DNA from: Casimicrobiaceae bacterium
Lineage (GTDB): Bacteria > Pseudomonadota > Gammaproteobacteria > Burkholderiales > Casimicrobiaceae
Assembly (NCBI GenBank): GCA_036491555.1
Contig: DASXBS010000038.1
Location: 2,494-66,493 of the forward strand
Direction of reading: 5' to 3'
Length of the DNA: 64,000 nt
Positions 43,526-58,271 of this stretch are shown here, in pieces; within the stretch, counting starts at the first letter, position 1; each line of letters begins with the position of its first letter. Position numbers and translations under genes: made by a program. The notes beneath the pieces were generated by a model. That model had not been told where the DNA came from and made no database searches. It was given only the letters and a program-made list of their open reading frames with translations.

Positions 43526-43849
43526 CTAGCGCTCGAGCATCTGGCGCTTGACCTTGACCTCTTTCCAGTCGTCGGCATCCGGCGGCGCCGGCTTGCGCTC
43601 GATGATCGGCTTCCACAGCTTGGCAAGCTCGGCGTTGATCGCGGTGAATTCCCTCTGGTCATCGGGCACGTCGTCTTCCGCGAAAATCGCCTCCACCGGA
43701 CACTCGGCGACGCAAAGGGTGCAGTCGATGCATTCGTCCGGATCGATCACCAGCATGTTGGGCCCTTCGCGAAAGCAGTCGACCGGACAGACGTCCACGC
43801 AATCGGTGTACTTGCAGCGAATGCAGCTCTCTGTGACGACGTAGGTCAT
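43526..43849 (-). CDS. fdxA: 7Fe ferredoxin (Azotobacter FdxA type)
   Basis: 107 aa. Starts [26 protein letters not shown] and contains [12 protein letters not shown]. Confidence 0.93.
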   Translation of the reverse strand: MTYVVTESCIRCKYTDCVDVCPVDCFREGPNMLVIDPDECIDCTLCVAECPVEAIFAEDDVPDDQREFTAINAELAKLWKPIIERKPAPPDADDWKEVKVKRQMLER

Positions 43850-44041
43850 TGCGGCGATGGTCCGTGCGCGTGGAACGCAAGCGAAGGAATGCCAATTCTA
43901 CCAAATTGGCCTACGCGCTCGTTCATGGTTCCGACAGCTCGGAGGGCGGCCGCGCCGCTTGCGCATGCAACCCCTTTGGGCTAATTTATGCTTATCAGGA
44001 CGTGGCGTCCGGACTTCCGGTCGGCACGCAGCGAGGAATCC

Positions 44042-44368
44042 ATGAGCGAAAACATCAAGCACGTGAGCGATGCGAGTTTCGAGTCCGACGTGCTGAAATC
44101 GGGAACGCCAGTGCTGGTGGACTACTGGGCCGAATGGTGCGGACCGTGCAAAACGATCGCGCCGATTCTCGACGACGTGGCCAAGGACTACGCGGGACGC
44201 CTGACCGTGGCCAAGCTCGATATCGACGCCAACCCGGGCACGCCCGCCAAATACGGTATTCGCGGCATTCCTACGCTTATCCTGTTCAAGGACGGCGAGA
44301 TCGCCGCTCAGAAGGTGGGCGCCCTGTCGAAATCGCAGTTGACGGCGTTTATTGACAGCCATCTTTGA
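44042..44368 (+). CDS. trxA: thioredoxin
   Basis: Track ORF 43988..44368 trimmed to MSENIKHV. Has the WCGPC active site. Confidence 0.95.
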   Translation: MSENIKHVSDASFESDVLKSGTPVLVDYWAEWCGPCKTIAPILDDVAKDYAGRLTVAKLDIDANPGTPAKYGIRGIPTLILFKDGEIAAQKVGALSKSQLTAFIDSHL

Positions 44369-44536
44369 ACCGGCTAGGCTTCTGACCCATTGAAGTGCAC
44401 CTCGCGGAGGCCATCTCCGCGACGTGTCACCACCGGCGCCGCGGAATCCTCGGGCGCCAACCTCCCAGATCTATTTTGCGCGGCCGCGAGTGTCCTTAGG
44501 GCCGCCTTGCCCGCCCCTCCCTTCCCCAGTCCATCC
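44369..44536 (+). promoter_or_regulatory. rho leader region: hairpin plus a C-rich, G-poor tract
   Basis: An 8-bp hairpin, TCGCGGAG-gccat-CTCCGCGA, lies at 44402-44422. The 3' part, GCCGCCTTGCCCGCCCCTCCCTTCCCCAGTCCATCC, is strongly C-rich and directly precedes the rho ATG. Confidence 0.5.
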
Positions 44537-45796
44537 ATGCACCTGTCAGAACTGAAGTCCAAGCCCGTCACCGAGCTCGTCGAGATCGCGAATACCAACG
44601 AGATCGACGGCGCGAACCGAATGCGCAAGCACGACCTGATCTTCGCCTTGCTCAAGAACCAAGCGAAAAAGGGCGAGAGCATCTTCGGCGACGGCACGCT
44701 GGAAGTATTGCCGGACGGCTTCGGTTTCCTGCGTTCTCCGGACACCTCGTACCTCGCCGGCACCGACGACATCTACATCTCGCCTTCCCAGATCCGCCGC
44801 TTCAATCTCCATACCGGCGACACGATCGAAGGCGAGATACGCACCCCCAAGGACGGCGAGCGCTATTTCGCGCTGGTCAAGGTCGACAAGGTCAACGGCG
44901 AGCCACCGGAGAACGCCAAAAGCAAGATTCTCTTCGAAAACCTCACGCCTTTGTTTCCTGATGAGGCACTGATCCTCGAGCGCGACATCAAGGCCGAGGA
45001 GAACATGACCGGCCGCATCATCGATATCATCGCCCCGATCGGCAAGGGCCAGCGCGGCCTGCTGGTGTCGTCGCCCAAGTCGGGCAAGACGGTGATGCTG
45101 CAGCACATCGCGCACTCGATCGCGGCCAACTATCCGGAGGTGATGCTCATCGTGCTGCTGATCGACGAGCGTCCGGAGGAAGTGACCGAAATGCAGCGCT
45201 CGGTGCGTGGCGAAGTGGTTTCGTCGACCTTCGACGAGCCCGCGACACGCCATGTGCAGGTCGCTGAAATGGTGATCGAAAAAGCCAAGCGCCTGGTGGA
45301 GCACAAGAAGGACGTCGTGATTCTGCTCGACTCGATCACGCGTCTCGCTCGCGCCTACAATACCGTCGTGCCCGCCTCCGGCAAGGTGCTGACCGGCGGC
45401 GTCGACGCCAACGCGCTGCAGCGCCCGAAGCGTTTTTTCGGCGCCGCGCGTAACATCGAGGAAGGCGGCTCGCTCACTATCATCGCAACAGCGCTCATCG
45501 ACACCGGCTCGCGCATGGACGACGTGATCTACGAGGAGTTCAAGGGCACCGGCAACATGGAAATTCATCTCGACCGGCGCATGGCGGAAAAGCGCACCTA
45601 TCCGGCGATCAACGTCAACCGCTCCGGAACGCGCAAGGAAGAGTTGTTGCTGAAGCAAGACGTGCTGCAGAAGGTGTGGGTGCTGCGCAAGCTGCTCTAT
45701 CCGATGGACGACCTCGAAGCCACCGAATTCCTGGTCGACAAGGTCAAGCAGACCAAGAACAACGCAGAGTTCTTCGACTCGATGCGCAGGGGCTAG
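44537..45796 (+). CDS. rho: transcription termination factor Rho
   Basis: Track ORF 44390..45796 trimmed to [18 protein letters not shown]. Contains GFGFLR and the Walker A motif PKSGKT. Confidence 0.97.
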   Translation: MHLSELKSKPVTELVEIANTNEIDGANRMRKHDLIFALLKNQAKKGESIFGDGTLEVLPDGFGFLRSPDTSYLAGTDDIYISPSQIRRFNLHTGDTIEGEIRTPKDGERYFALVKVDKVNGEPPENAKSKILFENLTPLFPDEALILERDIKAEENMTGRIIDIIAPIGKGQRGLLVSSPKSGKTVMLQHIAHSIAANYPEVMLIVLLIDERPEEVTEMQRSVRGEVVSSTFDEPATRHVQVAEMVIEKAKRLVEHKKDVVILLDSITRLARAYNTVVPASGKVLTGGVDANALQRPKRFFGAARNIEEGGSLTIIATALIDTGSRMDDVIYEEFKGTGNMEIHLDRRMAEKRTYPAINVNRSGTRKEELLLKQDVLQKVWVLRKLLYPMDDLEATEFLVDKVKQTKNNAEFFDSMRRG

Positions 45797-45814
45797 CCCG
45801 CGCGCTTCACGTTC

Positions 45815-46612
45815 ATGCACGCTCCGCGCGGCAGCACATCGACCGGGTCTGCGACGGCGAGCGCGCAGCGAGCCCCACACGGTCGTATCGCACTGCTCGC
45901 AGCGCTCATCGCGCTGGTCGTGGCCAGCTGGTCGTACCTGGTCTACGAGGACTGGGCGATGCGCCATATGGACGTGGTCGACATGGCGATGCCCGGCGCC
46001 GGCGCCTGGTCGCCGGCCGACCTGGCGCTGGTCTTCGTCATGTGGGCGGTCATGATGGTGGCGATGATGGTCCCCGCCGCCGCGCCCGCGATCCTCATCC
46101 ACCGCCGGCTGCAAGCGGCGCGTTCTCCGTTCGTACCCGCCGCGAGCGTCCTGTTCGTCGCCGGATACCTGCTGGTATGGACTTCATTCAGCATCGTCGC
46201 GACGGCAGCGCAATGGGGGCTGCACAACGCCGCGCTGGTGTCCCCCGCTGCGGTGCTCGGCAACCGTTTCATTTCGGGCACCTTGCTGATCCTCGCGGGT
46301 TTGTACCAGTGGTCTGCGCGAAAGCGCGTGTGCCTCACTGCCTGCGCGACGCCACTTGCGTTCCTGCAGGCGCACTGGCACGAGGGCGCTCCCGGCGCGC
46401 TGCGCATGGGAGTGACGCACGGCGCATACTGCGTCGGCTGCTGCGGCCTGCTGATGGCGTTGCTGTTCGTCTACGGTGTCATGAACCTTGCCTGGATCTT
46501 CGCGCTGACGCTGTTCGTGAGCGTCGAAAGGCTGGTCGCTCCCGGGCCTTGGTTCGGACAGGTTTCCGGGGTGACCCTGGCAGCACTAGGTCTTATGACC
46601 CTGCTTGGTTAG
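45815..46612 (+). CDS. DUF2182 domain-containing (predicted metal-binding) membrane protein
   Basis: 265 aa. Contains FVMWAVMMVAMMVPAAAP...CLTACATP...GAYCVGCCGLLMALLFVYGVMNLAW. Confidence 0.78.
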   Translation: MHAPRGSTSTGSATASAQRAPHGRIALLAALIALVVASWSYLVYEDWAMRHMDVVDMAMPGAGAWSPADLALVFVMWAVMMVAMMVPAAAPAILIHRRLQAARSPFVPAASVLFVAGYLLVWTSFSIVATAAQWGLHNAALVSPAAVLGNRFISGTLLILAGLYQWSARKRVCLTACATPLAFLQAHWHEGAPGALRMGVTHGAYCVGCCGLLMALLFVYGVMNLAWIFALTLFVSVERLVAPGPWFGQVSGVTLAALGLMTLLG

Positions 46613-46680
46613 CTCTGTGCAATCGCTCGGAAGCCTTGAATCCATGAACCCCGGCCCCACTCTGGGAAGTAGGCCCAACG

Positions 46681-46709
46681 TTGCGCTGCAACAAGAAAAA
46701 GCTCATAAT
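46681..46709 (+). promoter_or_regulatory. candidate sigma-70 promoter for rpmE
   Basis: TTGCGC, a 17-nt spacer, then CATAAT. It sits about 130 nt upstream of the rpmE ATG. Confidence 0.45.
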
Positions 46710-46839
46710 CGGCCAGTTTTGCTGCGAGAAGGCGCTTACCGGCCCCGCTCGGCTCTCCCGTTCGCGGGAAGCACCCGACGCCCGGCGCGCGGCGCGCATC
46801 GCGAAATCGAAATTTTCGAGAATTCCTCTGAGGCATTCG

Positions 46840-47073
46840 ATGAAGACAGCCATTCATCCGAGCTACAGCGAGATCCAGGTCACCTGCAGCTGCGGAAACA
46901 CGTTCACGACGCGATCGACCGTGAACAAGCCCCTGCACGTCGAAGTCTGTTCGGCTTGCCACCCGTTCTATACCGGCAAGCAGAAGATCGTCGACACCGC
47001 CGGGCGCGTCGAGAAGTTCCGCCAGCGCTACGCGACCAAGCCCGCTTCGAAGGCCGCCCCCAAGGCCGCCTGA
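46840..47073 (+). CDS. rpmE: 50S ribosomal protein L31 (Zn-ribbon type A)
   Basis: Track ORF 46681..47073 trimmed to [22 protein letters not shown]...[13 protein letters not shown]. Confidence 0.95.
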   Translation: MKTAIHPSYSEIQVTCSCGNTFTTRSTVNKPLHVEVCSACHPFYTGKQKIVDTAGRVEKFRQRYATKPASKAAPKAA

Positions 47074-47108
47074 CGGTCGCGCGTGTACTGATCACTACCT
47101 GACGCATG

Positions 47109-47137
47109 AAAGGCAGCTTCGGCTGCCTTTTTTGTTT
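47109..47137 (+). terminator. Rho-independent terminator of rpmE
   Basis: Stem AAAGGCAGC-ttcg-GCTGCCTTT, followed by TTTGTTT. Confidence 0.85.
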
Positions 47138-47148
47138 CTCCGACCGCG

Positions 47149-49894
<2,746 letters not shown>

Positions 49895-49895
<1 letters not shown>

Positions 49896-51040
49896 TGAGC
49901 GCGGACCAATCAACTTCGCCCCCGATCTCGTCGGTCGCGGCGGCGCGCAAGGTCGTCATCAAGGTGGGCTCCAGCCTGGTCACCGCGGGAGGACGCGGCA
50001 TCGACCATGCCGCGGTCGCGCGCTGGGCCGAGGAGATCGCGACCATGCGCCGCGCCGGCAAGGAAGTTGCGCTGGTGTCCTCTGGCGCGATCGCGGAAGG
50101 CATGAAGCGCCTCGGCTGGAAAGATCGTCCGGCCGCGATGCACGAGCTGCAGGCGGCGGCGGCGGTCGGTCAGATGGGACTGGTGCAGGCGTACGAAGCG
50201 GCCTTCTCGCGCTTCGACCTGCACACCGCGCAGATCCTGCTCACGCACGAGGACCTGGCCGATCGCAAGCGCTATCTCAACGCGCGCTCGACGCTGCTTA
50301 CGCTTTTGGCGCTGGGCGTGATCCCGGTCATCAATGAAAACGACACCGTGACAACGGAGGAAATCCGCGTCGGCGACAACGACACGCTGGGCGCGCTGGT
50401 GACCAATCTCATCGAGGCCGACGTGCTGGTGCTGCTGACCGATCAGGCGGGCCTGTACAGCAGCGACCCGCGCGTCGATCCCGCCGCGGCGCTGGTGCGC
50501 AGCGCTCGCGCTGGCGATCCGGCGCTCGAGCAGATGGCCGGCGGCGCGGCCTCGGAGCTTTCCAAGGGTGGGATGCTGACCAAGATTCTTGCCGCCAAGC
50601 GCGCCGCCCGCAGCGGCGCCAGCACGGTGATCGCCGATGGTCGCGAAGAGCGCGTGCTCGCGCGCCTTTGTTCCGGCGAAGCATTGGGCACCGAGCTCAT
50701 CGCCGAGAAGCTCAGCCTGGGCGCGCGCAAGCAGTGGCTCGCCGACCACGTGCGCACCGCCGGACGCGTTCGCGTCGACGCCGGCGCGGCGCGCGCGCTG
50801 CTGCGCGAGGGCAAGAGCCTGCTGCCGATCGGCGTCGTTGCCTGCGAAGGCGCATTCGAGCGCGGTGAAGTGGTGGCGTGCATCGATCCGGACGGGCGCG
50901 AGATCGCGCGTGGACTCGTCAACTACAGCTTGAGCGAGACGCAGCGCATCCTGCGCAAGCCGTCATCGGAGATCGAAGCGATCCTCGGCTACGTCGACGA
51001 GCCCGAGCTCATCCACCGCAACAACCTGGTGCTGCTCTAG
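49895..51040 (+). CDS. proB: glutamate 5-kinase
   Basis: From the frame of track ORF 49688..51040. Starts [21 protein letters not shown] and has a C-terminal PUA-like domain. Forms a TAATG overlap with the obgE stop. Confidence 0.94.
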
Positions 51041-51055
51041 CTGTCGCTCAGGGCT

Positions 51056-51616
51056 TTAGTTCGCGTCGCCAGGAGGCGTCGAGTACGGCGGCGGCATCAC
51101 GGTGTGCGCCCAGCCGTAGAGCCGCTCGCGGCGCGTCTGCGGTCGCTTGTGCAGGTAGCGCTCGAGCTCGGTGAGCGCGCGCCGGTAGACGTCGCGCTTG
51201 AACTCGATGACGCTTTCCAGAGGCACCCAGTAGTCGTGCCAACGCCAGGCGTCGAACTCGGGATGATCGCTCGAGCGCAAAGACACGTCGTTGTCCCGAC
51301 CGGTGAGGCGCAGGAGGTACCAGATCTGCTTCTGGCCGCGATAGCTGCCTCGCCATTCGCGCTTGATCCAGTGCTGCGGGACCTCGTAGCGCAGCCAGTT
51401 GCGGGTGCGCCCCAGGATCTTCACATGCTGCGGTTCCAGTCCGACTTCTTCTTTCAGCTCCCGATACATCGCACGCTCGGGCGTTTCGCCGGGATTGATT
51501 CCCCCCTGCGGAAACTGCCACGAGTGCTCGCGGATCCGTTTACCCCAGAAGACCAGATTCCTCGAGCTCGCGATGACGATGGCGACGTTCGGGCGATACC
51601 CGTCACGGTCCAGCAT
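51056..51616 (-). CDS. rppH: RNA pyrophosphohydrolase
   Basis: Track ORF 51056..51685 trimmed to [11 protein letters not shown]. Has the Nudix box [23 protein letters not shown]. Confidence 0.93.
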   Translation of the reverse strand: MLDRDGYRPNVAIVIASSRNLVFWGKRIREHSWQFPQGGINPGETPERAMYRELKEEVGLEPQHVKILGRTRNWLRYEVPQHWIKREWRGSYRGQKQIWYLLRLTGRDNDVSLRSSDHPEFDAWRWHDYWVPLESVIEFKRDVYRRALTELERYLHKRPQTRRERLYGWAHTVMPPPYSTPPGDAN

Positions 51617-51747
51617 CGCTACCACCTTGATTCTGCAAGTTAAGGTGATTCTTGCACAGTTCGCCATGGCTTGCAAAGCGGGCAAAACGCGCGCCTACGG
51701 CGGCGCGACGCCCATCTCAGGCGCCTGTCGGCGCCGCGGGTACAAAC

Positions 51748-54039
<2,292 letters not shown>

Positions 54040-54186
54040 GGTGGATTCCTTCGAGCGGGTGCGGCGGGGGAAGCAAAATCATAGCAGACGACGCACTTGA
54101 TGCCGGAGGCGCATCCTGGACACGCCGGGCCGGTATAATGCGCTGTTGCCGCGCTGCACTAATCCCGCGGCGCCTTCCTCCCGACC

Positions 54187-55467
54187 ATGACTCTCCTGTG
54201 GCCCTGGGCTGCATTGCTGGTCATCAGCACGCTCGCTGTCCTCGTCTGGCCGTTGCTGCGCGCGAAAACGCGCGGCGACGCGCTCGACGCCGATGCCGCG
54301 TCGATTGCGATCTTGCGCGATCAGAAGCGCGCTCTGGATAGCGAACGCGCTGCCGGCGAGATATCGGACGCCGAGCGCGACGCTGCGCTGACCGAGCTGG
54401 CACGCAGGGTCACGGAGGAACGCGGAAGCACCGATACGCCCGCCTCGCCGCGCCCGAAACGCGCATGGTGGGCAGCTCTCGCACTGATCGTCGTCGTGCC
54501 GACGGCCGCCTTCCTGATTTATAACCGTCTGGGTATGCCCGACGCCACTGTGCTTGCCGAGGCGGCGAAAGGACACGAAGTCAGCGAGAAACAGATCCTG
54601 GCGATGGTGGATACGCTCGCGGCGCGGCTCAAGCAACACCCCGAGGATGCGGACGGCTGGATATTGCTCGGACGATCGTATCTGGCGCTCGAGCGTTTTC
54701 CCGAAGCCGCCGATGCGTACGCGCATGCCAACGCCCTGATCAATGACGACGCCGACCTGCTCGCCGATTACGCCGATGTTCTGGCGATGACGCAGAACCG
54801 CACGCTGGCGGGCAGGCCCGCCGCGCTGGTCGCACAAGCGCTTGCGATCGACCCCAAGAACAAGAAGGCGCTGGCGCTTGCCGCGACGGTGGCGCTCGAA
54901 GCGCATGACCTTCCCAAAGCGCTCGGCTATTGGAAGGCGCTCGCCGCAGAACTGCCCCCGGGGTCCGAGGAATCGAGGCAAGTCGCGGGGTTCATCGCCG
55001 AGATCACCGCGCAAAGTCCGGGGATGGCGGCAACGTCGATCGTCGCCGCCCCAGCCGCCAACGCTCCGAATGCGCCCCGCCCAAGCCCGCCCGCCGCTGC
55101 CTCGGCTGCCGCTGTGGTGGCGCCGGGAGGCATCAGCGGTCGTGTCGATATCGATCCCGCGCTCGCTTCAAAGGTCGCGCTCAACGACACGGTCTTCATT
55201 TATGCGCGCGCGGCCGAGGGTCCGCGCATGCCGCTGGCTATCCTGCGTGTCGGTGCCAAGGAATTACCCCGTGAATTCACACTCGACGACAGCATGGGCA
55301 TGGGACCTGGCGCCAAGTTGTCGGCAACGCCCCAAGTGATCGTGGAAGCCCGCATATCGAAAAGCGGGGACGCCATGCCGCAATCGGGCGACCTGTTCGG
55401 CAGGACGACGCCGGTGAAGCCAGGCGCACGAGGCCTGCGCGTCAATATCGACCAGGTGGTGCCGTAG
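54187..55467 (+). CDS. ccmI: c-type cytochrome biogenesis protein CcmI/CycH
   Basis: 426 aa. Has N-terminal TM helices, a TPR region (GWILLGRSYLALERFPEAADAYAHA), an Ala/Pro linker and a C-terminal domain. Confidence 0.85.
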   Translation: MTLLWPWAALLVISTLAVLVWPLLRAKTRGDALDADAASIAILRDQKRALDSERAAGEISDAERDAALTELARRVTEERGSTDTPASPRPKRAWWAALALIVVVPTAAFLIYNRLGMPDATVLAEAAKGHEVSEKQILAMVDTLAARLKQHPEDADGWILLGRSYLALERFPEAADAYAHANALINDDADLLADYADVLAMTQNRTLAGRPAALVAQALAIDPKNKKALALAATVALEAHDLPKALGYWKALAAELPPGSEESRQVAGFIAEITAQSPGMAATSIVAAPAANAPNAPRPSPPAAASAAAVVAPGGISGRVDIDPALASKVALNDTVFIYARAAEGPRMPLAILRVGAKELPREFTLDDSMGMGPGAKLSATPQVIVEARISKSGDAMPQSGDLFGRTTPVKPGARGLRVNIDQVVP

Positions 55468-55565
55468 CCGGCAGTATAGCGGAAGCCTGATGCGGATCAA
55501 TGTCCGAGCAAGCCGCTCGGCTACAATCCGGCTTCGCTTTTGCCGTTTCTCACCTTCCGGGAGCT

Positions 55566-56180
55566 ATGCTCGAAGCGCAGCACCTGGCCGCGCAGCGCGG
55601 CGCCGTGACCCTTTTTGCGGGTGTCGACTTTACGCTCACACCGGGTGAAGCCTTGCTGGTCACAGGTGCCAACGGCAGCGGCAAAACCACCTTGCTCAAG
55701 ATGGTCGCAGGACTGGCACATCCGGCCGCCGGCGCCCTTGCGTGGCAGGGCATCGCACGCGCGCCCTTCGACGCGGCGACGCGCGCGACCACGCTCTATA
55801 TCGGACATGCGCCGGCCTTGAAGGACGAACTGACTGCTGAAGAGAACCTGCGCTCGCTGGCTGTGCTGCACGGTACGTCGGCCGAATGGGCGGCGGTGCG
55901 CGAGGCGTTGCGCGCGTGGACGCTGGAAGCGCAGCGCGCGCTTCCGGCACGCGTGCTCTCGCAAGGGCAACGCCGCCGCGTGGGGTTGGCGCGCCTGCGC
56001 CTGGTGTCAAGGCCGCTGTGGGTGCTCGACGAGCCAACCACCGCCCTCGATGCCGCCGGCATCGCTACGCTGCAGGACCAGCTCGCCACGCATCTGGACC
56101 AGGGCGGCCTGGCGATGATCGCAACGCATCATCCGCTTGCGCTGCGCGAAGGCACGTGGCGTACGCTGCAATTGCAATGA
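55566..56180 (+). CDS. ccmA: haem exporter ATP-binding protein CcmA
   Basis: Track ORF 55500..56180 trimmed to MLEAQHLAAQRG. Has Walker A GANGSGKTT and signature LSQGQRRRVGLA. The start is uncertain (55500 or 55566). Confidence 0.9.
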   Translation: MLEAQHLAAQRGAVTLFAGVDFTLTPGEALLVTGANGSGKTTLLKMVAGLAHPAAGALAWQGIARAPFDAATRATTLYIGHAPALKDELTAEENLRSLAVLHGTSAEWAAVREALRAWTLEAQRALPARVLSQGQRRRVGLARLRLVSRPLWVLDEPTTALDAAGIATLQDQLATHLDQGGLAMIATHHPLALREGTWRTLQLQ

Positions 56181-56890
56181 CACCCTTCGACGCCATGATC
56201 GCCGATCCGCCGCCGAATGCGGCGTGGCCCGGTGTCGCCTGGGCCTTCGGCCGCGATCTGAGTCTGGCGCTGCGATCACGGCCGGAACTTGGCGTGCTGC
56301 TTCTTTTCTACATCATCGTGGTGACGCTGTTCCCGCTCGGCGTGGGGCCCGAGCCAGCGCTGCTGCGCGCGCTGGGACCCGGAGTTCTGTGGGTTGCGGC
56401 ACTGCTCGCTTCTCTGCTCTCGCTGCCGCGACTTTTCGCCTCGGACTTTGCAGACGGCACCCTCGAGCAGATCGCCTTGTCGCCCTATCCTTTGCCGGCA
56501 CTCCTCTCGGGCAAGATCGCGGCGCACTGGGCGTCGACGGGGCTTCCGCTGGTCATCGTTTCACCGTTGCTGGCGTTGCAGTTTGGGATAACGGGAGAGG
56601 AGCGCGTGGTCCTGGCACTGACTCTGTTGTTGGGCACCCCCACGCTGTCGCTGCTGGGCGCGATAGGCGCCGCGCTGACGCTGGGCGTGCGCGGTGGTGG
56701 CGCGCTGGTCGCGCTGCTCATTCTCCCGTTGTACGTGCCGGTCCTCATTTTCGGTGCGGGCGCCGTCGAGACGGTGCGCGGAGGACTGAGCGCGGCGCCG
56801 CAACTCTCGCTGCTCGCGGCGGCGCTCATCGCGGCGGCCGTCGGCGCGCCGCTCGCCACCTCCACCGCGGTGCGCATCGCGCTCGAATGA
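56177..56890 (+). CDS. ccmB: haem exporter permease CcmB
   Basis: From the frame of track ORF 55886..56890, starting MTPFDAMI. Contains DGTLEQIALSP. Forms an ATGA overlap with ccmA. Confidence 0.9.
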   Translation: MTPFDAMIADPPPNAAWPGVAWAFGRDLSLALRSRPELGVLLLFYIIVVTLFPLGVGPEPALLRALGPGVLWVAALLASLLSLPRLFASDFADGTLEQIALSPYPLPALLSGKIAAHWASTGLPLVIVSPLLALQFGITGEERVVLALTLLLGTPTLSLLGAIGAALTLGVRGGGALVALLILPLYVPVLIFGAGAVETVRGGLSAAPQLSLLAAALIAAAVGAPLATSTAVRIALE

Positions 56891-56905
56891 CCTCTGGAAA
56901 ATGAT

Positions 56906-57643
56906 GTGACGACATCGATTCGCTGGTTCCAATTCGCGGCTCCTGTATCGTTCTATCCGCTTGCAGGACGGCTCGCGCCATGGTTTGCGGTCGCGGCGGC
57001 AGTGCTCGCGGCTCTCGGAGTCTGGGTGGGGCTGGTGGTCGCGCCGACCGATGCCCAGCAGGGCGACGCCTATCGGATCATCTTCATCCACGTGCCGGCG
57101 GCATGGATGTCGATGTTCCTCTACCTGGTCATGGCGTTCTGGTGCGCGATCTCGCTGGGCTTCAATACCCGGCTCGCTGCGATGCTGGCACAGGCGCTGG
57201 CGCCCACTGGCGCGATGTTCACCGCGATCGCGCTCTGGACCGGCGCGCTCTGGGGCAAGCCGACGTGGGGCACCTACTGGGCGTGGGACGCACGCATGAC
57301 CTCCGAGCTGATCCTGCTTTTCCTGTACTTTGGCTACATGGCATTGCGCAACGCCATCGACGATCCGCGTCGCGCCGATCGCGCCAGCTCGGTCCTGGCG
57401 CTGGTCGGCGCGGTGAATGTACCGATCATCTATTTTTCGGTGAAGTGGTGGAACACGCTGCACCAGGGCGCGAGCGTAAGCGTGACGGCGGCGCCCAAGA
57501 TGGCGAGCGTGATGCTCGGCGGAATGCTGATCATGGCCTTCGCCGCCTGGTTCTATTCGATCGCCGTCGTGCTCGTGCGCGTCCGAGCGATCATCCTCGA
57601 GCGCGAACGCGGCGCACAATGGGTCAGCGGAGGTGCACGATGA
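56906..57643 (+). CDS. ccmC: haem exporter/haem-handling protein CcmC
   Basis: GTG start. Has the WWD motif [22 protein letters not shown]. Confidence 0.93.
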   Translation: MTTSIRWFQFAAPVSFYPLAGRLAPWFAVAAAVLAALGVWVGLVVAPTDAQQGDAYRIIFIHVPAAWMSMFLYLVMAFWCAISLGFNTRLAAMLAQALAPTGAMFTAIALWTGALWGKPTWGTYWAWDARMTSELILLFLYFGYMALRNAIDDPRRADRASSVLALVGAVNVPIIYFSVKWWNTLHQGASVSVTAAPKMASVMLGGMLIMAFAAWFYSIAVVLVRVRAIILERERGAQWVSGGAR

Positions 57644-57801
57644 CGAACGCCAGCGACTTTCTTGCAATGGGCGGCTACGGGTTCTACGTATGGGGTTCGT
57701 ATGCGTTCACGGCGCTCCTGGTGGTGGTCGAGGCGCTCGCGGTGCGTGCGCGCCTGCGGTCGGCACGCGCTGCCGATGCCGTTACCGCGCGAAATCGATG
57801 A
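57640..57801 (+). CDS. ccmD: haem exporter protein CcmD
   Basis: 53 aa. Starts [23 protein letters not shown]. Forms ATGA overlaps on both sides. Confidence 0.85.
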   Translation: MTNASDFLAMGGYGFYVWGSYAFTALLVVVEALAVRARLRSARAADAVTARNR

Positions 57802-58271
57802 AGCCTAGAACCCGCCGCTTCGCCTGGATCGGCGCCGGGCTCGCTGCGCTGGGCGTGGCTGCCGCGCTGGTGCTCAACGCGTTCCAGTCCAACCTGGTGT
57901 TTTTCTTCACGCCGTCGCAGGTCGCCGCCAAGGACGCCCCACAAGGCCGGGCCTTTCGCATCGGCGGCATGGTGCAGGAGGGAAGCCTCAAACGCGGGCC
58001 GAATTCGCTCACCGTAACTTTCATGGTGACCGACACGGCGAAGACGATTCCGGTAACCTATACGGGTTTGCTGCCCGATCTGTTCAAGGAAGGCAAGGGC
58101 GTCGTCGCGCAGGGTTCGCTCGGCGCCGATGGCGTATTCCATGCCACCGAGGTTCTCGCCAAGCACGACGAGAACTACATGCCGCCCGAGGCAAAGTCCG
58201 CGATCGATGCGGCGCAAAAAGGCATGACCATGAAAAGCCTCCACGAGTCCTCACGAGTACCCGCACCATGA
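57798..58271 (+). CDS. ccmE: haem chaperone CcmE
   Basis: 157 aa. Has a membrane anchor and the haem-binding His context [13 protein letters not shown]. Confidence 0.94.
   Translation: MKPRTRRFAWIGAGLAALGVAAALVLNAFQSNLVFFFTPSQVAAKDAPQGRAFRIGGMVQEGSLKRGPNSLTVTFMVTDTAKTIPVTYTGLLPDLFKEGKGVVAQGSLGADGVFHATEVLAKHDENYMPPEAKSAIDAAQKGMTMKSLHESSRVPAP

Noticed and set aside
55500-55565. A longer CcmA starting at ATG 55500 (MSEQAARLQSGFAFAVSHLPGA...).
   Set aside because: The extra 22 residues precede the conserved CcmA N-terminus (MLEAQHL...) and would be atypical for the family. I kept it as an alternative start only.
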